Of a stretch of 64,000 bases of DNA, positions 9,566 through 16,972 are shown piece after piece. The notes under the pieces are model-generated. The model worked only from the letters and a program-made list of their open reading frames with translations. It was not told the DNA's origin and did not search any database. The stretch's first letter is position 1. Each line of letters starts with the position of its first letter. Where the stretch lies: contig CAVUDP010000004.1 of NCBI GenBank assembly GCA_963740315.1, positions 352,001-416,000 of the forward strand, written 5' to 3'. A program made the translations under genes and the position numbers. The DNA comes from an uncultured cyanobacterium. Lineage in GTDB: Bacteria; Cyanobacteriota; Cyanobacteriia; Cyanobacteriales; Nostocaceae.

Positions 9566-9862
9566 GATATTTTCCTCGTGTAATTGTGTTGTGTGTTGTG
9601 TTGTATCTTATGTGTTGTTACCCAGAAAATGTACATTCTTTAAAGTTTATATGGGTGTTTATTAAGAACCCAGTACCGTTTTTTTAAAGTTTGTATTTTC
9701 TCTTGTGGGATATACTGAGCTACAGAATTCAATTTGTTTATTCCGGATTTCTCCGAATTTTTCTTTGGGAAATAAATCTTCTTTAATTAGCTACTAGTTA
9801 ACAGAGACTCAGATCCACTGCGAACAACTAATATATAGAATTAAAACTCTATACATAAATAG

Positions 9863-9902
9863 TTTACCCAAAGAACTTAGGGGTGTCAAGTCTTTGGGTA
9901 AA
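9863..9902. promoter_or_regulatory. Candidate operator inverted repeat in divergent promoter region
   Basis: tttacccaaaga-N16-tctttgggtaaa perfect 12-bp inverted repeat about 70 bp upstream of the XRE gene. Confidence 0.45.
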
Positions 9903-9969
9903 AAAGTTGGGCGTTGAAATTTTTTGATGTTAGGATGTACGGCTATAGACGACAACAGCGCTAGCGATC

Positions 9970-10305
9970 GTGAAACAGAAACCAAAACCAAGGATAGCTT
10001 TACTTCGTGAAAAGGCGGGTTTAACCCAGCTTGAGTTGTCTCGTCTGGTAGGCGTGACAGAAAGCACCATCCAAAACTGGGAGAGCGGCAGAACGGGTAC
10101 AGACCATATTGAAAGAATAGTAAAATTCTGTAAAGCTCTTAATTGCAAAGTAGAAGATTTGATTGAACTCAACCAAAGTGAACGAACAGAAGAAGCACCA
10201 TCAAAACCTGCTTCCTTGCAAGAAATACATAATTTATTAGGTACCGACGAAGAGGAAGCACAGGAAGTCAAGGAAGCCGAGGAAGCAATTACCAATGAAC
10301 AATAA
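9970..10305 (+). CDS. XRE/Cro-CI family helix-turn-helix transcriptional regulator
   Basis: LREKAGLTQLELSRLVGVTESTIQNWESG HTH_3 signature. Confidence 0.9.
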   Translation: MKQKPKPRIALLREKAGLTQLELSRLVGVTESTIQNWESGRTGTDHIERIVKFCKALNCKVEDLIELNQSERTEEAPSKPASLQEIHNLLGTDEEEAQEVKEAEEAITNEQ

Positions 10306-10331
10306 ACAATTAATTGGTAACTGGTTACTGC

Positions 10332-11012
10332 TCACTGCTCACTGCTCACTGATTCCCATAAAGTATCTATCGTCACAAATGAGTAACCCTGCTCCAACAG
10401 CTTTGGGATGATAATTTGTGCTACTTCAGCTACGTTCTGTCCGCCACAAGCGCCGTCGTGCAATACGATCAAAGAGCCATTTTCTAAGTCATCCATAACT
10501 CGATTGACAACTTTGGGTACTCCCGGATTTACCCAATCTTCCGGTACAACGCTCCACATTACGGGACGGTAATTCCACCGATCGAATAGTTGTAAAGTTT
10601 GAGGAGTAAATAAACCATTTGGCGGTCGGATATCGCGTACTTTTTCCGGTGGTAAATTACAAGCCTTGTAAATAGCAGCTTGGGTTTTTTCCAAACTTTG
10701 CTTGAGTTCGGTTGGGGAAAGTAGGGGAAAATTGTGATGCGAATAGCCATGTAATCCAATCCAGTGTCCGCGAGAATGAACTTGTTGAGCTATATGTGGC
10801 GCACGTTCAACACAAACACCCAACCAAAAAAAACTTGCTCTTATTTGATAATAATCTAAAACTTTGAGTAATTGCGGCGTGTATTGCGGATGCGGACCAT
10901 CATCGAAAGTGAGAGCGATAGTTCTGGAATTAGGATTACCCCTCCAAAGACATTTAGGAAAACTCGATTTGAGAATTGGATACAAAAGCGGGAATAAGGG
11001 ATAAAGCTGCAT
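10332..11012 (-). CDS. Polysaccharide deacetylase (NodB/CE4 family)
   Basis: ALTFDDGP, HGYSH, RPP, LHDG motifs. Confidence 0.92.
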   Translation of the reverse strand: MQLYPLFPLLYPILKSSFPKCLWRGNPNSRTIALTFDDGPHPQYTPQLLKVLDYYQIRASFFWLGVCVERAPHIAQQVHSRGHWIGLHGYSHHNFPLLSPTELKQSLEKTQAAIYKACNLPPEKVRDIRPPNGLFTPQTLQLFDRWNYRPVMWSVVPEDWVNPGVPKVVNRVMDDLENGSLIVLHDGACGGQNVAEVAQIIIPKLLEQGYSFVTIDTLWESVSSEQ

Positions 11013-11033
11013 TTGGAAATTTTGGATTTTAGA

Positions 11034-11144
11034 TTACTCGTTACAAGGCTCTGCCTTGTAATGCCATTTTAGAGGCTCTGCCTCCTGATTTGACTGGAGG
11101 CAGAGCCTCCGGAATTACATTCCCAGCCGGATGGGAACGAGTAA
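11034..11144. mobile_element. Palindromic MITE/REPIN-like element
   Basis: Ends ttactcgtt...aacgagtaa; internal gaggctctgcctc/gaggcagagcctc inverted repeat; second copy at 55343-55449. Confidence 0.7.
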
Positions 11145-11265
11145 CATTCTTTTATCTTCACAGTTCTCATATGATTCGTAACAAATTTTGTAACCATCTA
11201 AGCAATTTTCTAATTTCTCGTTTAGATTGGAATAAATTTAGGAGTAATCCCGGACTAAACGGGTA

Positions 11266-12102
11266 ATGTTGTTTAAAGATATACGAGACTATCAAATACT
11301 TTATCTTTCTCTATTCCTTATTTTAGGTATAGGTACGAGAGATTGGACGCTGCGACCCTCGATGATTGTTGTTACAATTGCGACCAGTTTGGTTATGCAA
11401 TCGCTTTTAACATTTATCGTAAATCATTGGTCAAAAGCAGATGACCAAGAAAATAAAGAATATTTTGAACATAAAATCAATATTCGCAGTCCTTTAATTA
11501 CATCCTTGGGGATCAGTTTACTTTTACGAGCCGATTATCCCACAACGATGTTTGTTGCTGCTGCTTGTGCGATCGCTAGTAAGTTTATTTTCAAGTTTGA
11601 GGATAAACATTTTTTCAATCCCGCCAATTTCGGAATTATTTCAGCATTAGTACTAACTCCCGACGCTTGGGTTTCTCCAGGACAATGGGGTGAAGACTGG
11701 TGGTATGCATTTCTATTTGTGGGTACTGGCGGCATGATTTTGCATCGTATCGGACGTTGGGACACTACAGCAGCTTTTTTGGGGTTTTACGCTCTGTTGG
11801 AGGCTGTACGTAATTTCTGGCTGAATTGGACTTGGGATGTTTACCTGCATCGCTTGATGAGTGGTTCATTATTACTGTTTGCATTATTCATGGTAACTGA
11901 CCCCCGTTCCATCCCCAATTCCCGTACTGGGAGATTGATTTGGGCTGCCTGTATTGCCTTATTAACCTTTATTCTGCGAAACAATTTTTATCTTCCCACA
12001 GCAGTATTTTGGGCATTATTTGCTCTAGCTCCACTGACGGTAATATTTGACCAACTTTGGAAAGCATCGCGCTTTAAATGGACAGTGAGCAGTGAGCAGT
12101 GA
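11266..12102 (+). CDS. Stand-alone RnfD/NqrB-family integral membrane protein
   Basis: KHFFNPANFG and FMVTDPRS motifs, multiple TM helices. Confidence 0.8.
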   Translation: MLFKDIRDYQILYLSLFLILGIGTRDWTLRPSMIVVTIATSLVMQSLLTFIVNHWSKADDQENKEYFEHKINIRSPLITSLGISLLLRADYPTTMFVAAACAIASKFIFKFEDKHFFNPANFGIISALVLTPDAWVSPGQWGEDWWYAFLFVGTGGMILHRIGRWDTTAAFLGFYALLEAVRNFWLNWTWDVYLHRLMSGSLLLFALFMVTDPRSIPNSRTGRLIWAACIALLTFILRNNFYLPTAVFWALFALAPLTVIFDQLWKASRFKWTVSSEQ

Positions 12103-12352
12103 GCAGTTACCAGTTACCAGTTACCAGTGAGTGACCAGTTACCAGTGACTAGTTACCAGTTACCAGTTACCAGTTACCAGTGAGGAGTTAGGAGTTAAGA
12201 GTTAGGAGATGTCTAGTGAGGAGTTAAGAGTTAGGAGTTAAGAGTTATTAATTATTCCCTTGTCTCCTTGTCTCCTTGTCTCCTTGTCTCCCTACCTCCC
12301 CATCTCCCCATCTCCCCATCTCCCCATCTCCCTATCTCCCCATCTCCCCCTC
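12083..12352. repeat. Composite short tandem repeat tract (heptamers cagtgag/cagttac/ggagtta; ccttgtct and ccccatct octamers)
   Basis: Directly visible tandem 7- and 8-mers (cyanobacterial STRR type). Confidence 0.9.
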
Positions 12353-12376
12353 TCTCATTATTATTCAGAGGTTCTC

Positions 12377-13744
12377 ATGAAACTATTTCGCGTACTAATT
12401 TCGGTATTGTTAGCTTTTGTAATTCTGATCGGCTTTACTCCTTCGGCTTTGGCTTTTTGCGGTTTTTATGTTGCGAAAGCGGATTCAAAGCTGTATAACA
12501 AGGCTTCTCAGGTGGTAATTGCTCGTAAAGATAATCGCACTGTGTTAACGATGGCGAATGATTATCAGGGTGATGTTAAAGATTTTGCGATGGTTGTACC
12601 CGTGCCTACTGTACTTAAAGAAGAACAAGTAATGGTAGCCAAACCTAAAATAATCGAACATTTAGATGCTTTTAGCGCTCCGCGATTGGTTGAATATTTT
12701 GATGAAGATCCTTGTGCGCCTGTTATGTATGACAGAGGATTAGAAAGTAGAGCAGTTCCTTCAGCACCAACAGCAAATCAAGCAATAAAAAGAAGCGATC
12801 GCAGTTTGGGTGTGACGGTGGAAGCGCAATTTAATGTCGGTGAATACGATATTGTGATTCTCAGCGCCAAGGAATCGAAGGGTTTAGAAAGATGGCTGCG
12901 CGGTAACGGTTATAAAATTCCTAGAGGTGCAAAACGGTTACTAAATCCTTATATTCGTCAACAGATGAAGTTCTTTGTTGCTAAAGTCAATTTAGAAAAG
13001 TTTGACGAAAACGGTTATCAAAAACTTCGCCCTCTACAAATTTCCTATGAATCCCCGAAATTTATGTTGCCGATTCGTTTGGGAATGGTTAATTCAACGT
13101 CGGAGCAAGATTTAATTGCTTACATTCTTTCACCAAAAGGACAAGCGGAACTTACTAACTACCGCACGGCAAAAATTCCTTCTAATATGAATATTCCCGT
13201 GTATGTTAAAGAAGAGTTTGGCGACTTTTATAAATCAATGTTCCAAACTTCCTATACAAAAGAAGACAAAAAGATTGCATTTTTAGAATACGCTTGGGAC
13301 ATGGGTAATTGCGATCCTTGTTCTGCCGATCCGCTTAATCGAGAAGAACTTAAAGATGCTGGCGTATTTTGGTTAGATAATAATTCTTCAAGTGAAATTG
13401 CGCCTCCCGGTTTCCGTCGTCCACCTTCTAGCAACGTGTTTGTAACTCGTTTGCACGTTCGCTATACCCGCGACAAGTTTCCCGAAGATTTGATGTTTCA
13501 GGAAACTTCCAACCGCAATAATTTTCAAGGGCGTTATGTTTTACAACATCCTTTTACTGGTGAAGCTAACTGTCGCGCAGGTAGACAATATAAAATGTCT
13601 TTGAGAAACCGTTTTGAACAAGAAGCGCAAACTCTCGCCAAATTAACTAACTGGAATATTCAAGATATTCGCCAAAAAATGAAGCTTGAAGGCCAAGCAA
13701 GTATTTCATTTTGGCAAGGTTTTCTTTCTTGGTTCGGAATTTAG
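12377..13744 (+). CDS. DUF2330-family exported protein
   Basis: Start MKLFRVL (the upstream extension is repeat-derived); signal ending ALA followed by FCGFYV; MLPIRLG, EYAWD, CDPC, TRLH, FPEDL motifs. Confidence 0.8.
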   Translation: MKLFRVLISVLLAFVILIGFTPSALAFCGFYVAKADSKLYNKASQVVIARKDNRTVLTMANDYQGDVKDFAMVVPVPTVLKEEQVMVAKPKIIEHLDAFSAPRLVEYFDEDPCAPVMYDRGLESRAVPSAPTANQAIKRSDRSLGVTVEAQFNVGEYDIVILSAKESKGLERWLRGNGYKIPRGAKRLLNPYIRQQMKFFVAKVNLEKFDENGYQKLRPLQISYESPKFMLPIRLGMVNSTSEQDLIAYILSPKGQAELTNYRTAKIPSNMNIPVYVKEEFGDFYKSMFQTSYTKEDKKIAFLEYAWDMGNCDPCSADPLNREELKDAGVFWLDNNSSSEIAPPGFRRPPSSNVFVTRLHVRYTRDKFPEDLMFQETSNRNNFQGRYVLQHPFTGEANCRAGRQYKMSLRNRFEQEAQTLAKLTNWNIQDIRQKMKLEGQASISFWQGFLSWFGI

Positions 13745-13826
13745 AATCAGTTAGCAGTGAACAGTTATCAGTTAGCAGTTATCAGTGAGCAGTTAAGAAT
13801 TGATTGTTCACTGGTAATTGAAATAG

Positions 13827-13858
13827 GCGATACTCCTTCGGAGTTACTTCGTGAACGC
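13827..13858 (-). mobile_element. 24-nt SDR5-like small dispersed repeat inserted in a HIP1 site
   Basis: gcgat[actccttcggagttacttcgtgaa]cgc; removing the insert restores GCGATCGC. Confidence 0.65.
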
Positions 13859-13910
13859 AAAGAAAAATTGCTGTCAAAGTACGCAGGTTGATTAAACTTT
13901 ATTCAAAATT

Positions 13911-14936
13911 ATGTTATCGGGTGCAGCTTTAAGGAAAAGGGGTAGTAGCTGGGAATTTGCAAGCGAGTTAGCGTTGGAAGATTTTGTATGGGAGAATTTA
14001 CCGCAGTTGTTTAAGTTAGCTCCTCTTAAACGACAACACCCAGCCAAAAGCGAATATTGCGATATCTTAGCAGTGGATAATAATAACAAACAATTAACAA
14101 TTATCGAACTTAAAAATGCTGAAGATAGATATCTCGTTCAACAGCTAACTCGGTACTATGACAACTTAATAGATGAGAAACCGTTTGCACAACAGATAGA
14201 TTACAATCAAGCAATTAATCTTGTAGGCATTGCACCATGTTTTCACCGACACAACCATATTGACCGCAAATACAATTTACTCAAAATAGATTTTTTAGAA
14301 CTAGCTGTTTTACAAAAGAATAAACAATTTTACTTACACTTAAAAGATATTGATACCGCTCAAACCTGGTCAATTAATATTCCTTACCAAGAAGTAGACT
14401 TTAGTAGCTTATCTCAAAATATTCTAGAACCACCGCAATTATTATTAGATTGGCTTGGTAGTTGTAGTGGTGATGAACAACTGGCAATTATGAAAATGCG
14501 AGAGAAAATTTTGAACTTTGATGAGCGGATCAAGGAAACAGTTGAAGGTAGAAATATCATTCGATACGGTAAAGGTAAAACTAAATCTATAGCAGAACTT
14601 TGTTATCACAAAACAACTAATCAGCTATCCATATTCTTGTGGCTTCCTTTACCTTCAAATTGGAATTCGGAAAGGATGGGTAGAGTTAGGCTTTGGCTAG
14701 AAGGTAATATAGTAACTTTTGCTGGTCATATCTCACAAGGTTTTGGAAAAATGAAGCTTGAATCTGAGTGGAAAGCTATGCCAAAAGAGAAGCGTCCTGG
14801 TAATTATTATCACAATAAGTATTCACCAATTCATGCTGGAGTCTATAACAAAATTATGCAACAAAATTTTAAAAATGCTGTTGTTTTGGAATCATTAGTT
14901 GATTTGGCGCTTAACAAGTGGCTAAATAAAATTTAA
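13911..14936 (+). CDS. PD-(D/E)xK nuclease, NucS/DUF91-like N-terminal domain
   Basis: SELALEDFV..CDILAVD..IIELKN..QQLTRY motif series. Confidence 0.75.
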   Translation: MLSGAALRKRGSSWEFASELALEDFVWENLPQLFKLAPLKRQHPAKSEYCDILAVDNNNKQLTIIELKNAEDRYLVQQLTRYYDNLIDEKPFAQQIDYNQAINLVGIAPCFHRHNHIDRKYNLLKIDFLELAVLQKNKQFYLHLKDIDTAQTWSINIPYQEVDFSSLSQNILEPPQLLLDWLGSCSGDEQLAIMKMREKILNFDERIKETVEGRNIIRYGKGKTKSIAELCYHKTTNQLSIFLWLPLPSNWNSERMGRVRLWLEGNIVTFAGHISQGFGKMKLESEWKAMPKEKRPGNYYHNKYSPIHAGVYNKIMQQNFKNAVVLESLVDLALNKWLNKI

Positions 14937-14997
14937 TAACTATCCGCTTCAAGTCACAAACAACCTTATTATCATTATCCAACAAATACTTATAAAT

Positions 14998-15111
14998 ATG
15001 AATAACGAATTCCAACGAGTAAAGGACGAGGAAATAACCCCATTTAAACTGGCTTTAGCAAAAGGCGATCGAGTGATGATAAAGTTACTAAAACGTTATT
15101 GTGCAATCTAA
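14998..15111 (+). pseudogene. Single ankyrin-repeat-like remnant (37 aa)
   Basis: Manual translation MNNEFQRVKDEEITPFKLALAKGDRVMIKLLKRYCAI resembles the ankyrin consensus TPLhLAxxxGxxxhVKLL. Confidence 0.4.
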
Positions 15112-15439
15112 ATTTTTAAATATTTTGATTAATTCAACTCACTTTCTGCTATATTAGGTAGTTAGGAGTTTTTTAGAGAATATTCTTTTCATTTCCCATC
15201 GGTTATTGCAAAAAAAAAAGTTGCAGGGGCATTTAAAGCCCCAAGAAAACCCTTTTCTAAGTGTTTAACTGAAGCGTCTATAATAATCCGACATTTAGTT
15301 GAATGCCGAAATAAACAAACGTTTTTCAAATATATAGAAGCAAATAACTATCCACATTAAATAGATTTCTTATGAATTGTTATTTAAGTCTATTTATAGT
15401 TAAAACAGTAATTCAATTTTCGTAGCTACAATTTATGAT

Positions 15440-16711
15440 TTAGCGGCGAAATTCGTATATCGCTAACAAACCATGACTTGCTCCTAAGCCTTGCTGAAAA
15501 TTCCATTCTAGGTTTCGCAGTAGGTAGGCGAGTTGAGGTTCAATCAAGTTAGCTCGCGGATCGTCAAAGTGCAGGTTGGGGGCTTGATTAATCAAACGGC
15601 GCAGAATGCGAATGCTATCTAAAACAATCGGTGGATGTTCGATTGGCGGTTCTAAGAGCAATTTCTCAGGTTTTCGCCACATATCTAAGCCTTCCATGCA
15701 GCCGTATACTAAAGCATTCCAAGCAGATTGGAGGTTTTGGAAAAAGCGATTGATGTGAGGGTGATTGGGATGAGGCTGATAGTCGAAAATTAATTGACTT
15801 AAATCGGTGCGTACATCGATCGCGTGTAAAGAGTTGATCGCGCTTCTCAATGGAGAGGCTTGGGGATTAAATTCAGCAGTATCTGTATGACGACCTACTA
15901 AAATAGAGCGATCGCACAATGAAAAGTCTCCTACTTGAACATTCATTTTTTCCGCGATCGTTCTTAAAAAGCGGTCGAGTTCTTCTCCACCCCAGTAACG
16001 AATGGGAAATCTCTCTACATCTTCGGTATTACGTTTGTCTGGTGGATAAAGATAAGACATCGAGTAAGTCTGCATATCGCTTTTGCCTCGAACTTCTCCC
16101 CAATAGCAGGGCCATTCATAGGAATAGCGACCGAGCAAATCTGCCACAAAAATAGCTCTATCGCCCATATTCTGGCAAATATCTCCAACCAATTTACTCA
16201 GAGAATCGTCAGATAGGTGAGATAAAGAGCCATATGATGAAAAATAGACATCACAAGCAGCTTCACCAGATTCGATAGGAAGCCCTTCATCAAGGTCTGC
16301 CACCATAAATTGTGTTTGGTCGTGGTGAGCGTGAATACTCTCAGCTTTGCCTATCATTGCAGGGCTGATATCGACCCCTTTGTAAAACTCAATATCCGAT
16401 CCATTCACGAGCGAACTGGATTGAGCATCTAGAGTCGGACTTGTACGAGGTAAAGTGGTCAGGATATTCCAGCCTTCTCCCGCACCGCATCCAAGATCCA
16501 TGATGCGAATTCCACGATTTTCGGTCCGCTTTCTTTCGAGCAAACGCCGCATAGTAGGGCTTAGCACATAACGGGTATAACGGTCTTCCCAATACTGCCG
16601 CACGCTATCGCATTTACTACCTAGACCGACTAGTTTGCTGTCATAGGCTCCAACTTCAACTGCTTTCGCGTAGTTGTTTAATACGTTGTTTAATACAGTC
16701 TGTTGATTCAT
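15440..16711 (-). CDS. Class I SAM-dependent methyltransferase (423 aa)
   Basis: IMDLGCGAGEG motif I, GVDISPAMI motif II, YGSLSHL. Confidence 0.85.
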   Translation of the reverse strand: MNQQTVLNNVLNNYAKAVEVGAYDSKLVGLGSKCDSVRQYWEDRYTRYVLSPTMRRLLERKRTENRGIRIMDLGCGAGEGWNILTTLPRTSPTLDAQSSSLVNGSDIEFYKGVDISPAMIGKAESIHAHHDQTQFMVADLDEGLPIESGEAACDVYFSSYGSLSHLSDDSLSKLVGDICQNMGDRAIFVADLLGRYSYEWPCYWGEVRGKSDMQTYSMSYLYPPDKRNTEDVERFPIRYWGGEELDRFLRTIAEKMNVQVGDFSLCDRSILVGRHTDTAEFNPQASPLRSAINSLHAIDVRTDLSQLIFDYQPHPNHPHINRFFQNLQSAWNALVYGCMEGLDMWRKPEKLLLEPPIEHPPIVLDSIRILRRLINQAPNLHFDDPRANLIEPQLAYLLRNLEWNFQQGLGASHGLLAIYEFRR

Positions 16712-16972
16712 ATGCTTATAGAAAGGAAATTTCTATCAAGAGAGAATTCATACTCATTCTCTCACATGGTACACCCTATACAAAATCCCCGAAGATGTTC
16801 GTCGGGGGAATTTCACGGTTTCAAAGTTTAAATACTTACTTACTCAAGGCTTTTTTGATACTTGTCTGCCCGTATTCTTTTTAATCATTTTTTTTTGCGT
16901 CCAGCGGCTGAATGCTTCGCCGGACAAGGGTTTGCGTGAATGTAAATAGATATTAAATCAGGCTATAGACTC

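Noticed and set aside
16712..16972. Riboswitch between asnB and the methyltransferase
   Set aside because: Hairpins are present (about 16783-16813, 16899-16925) but I recognise no SAM or other aptamer consensus; an Rfam/Infernal scan would decide
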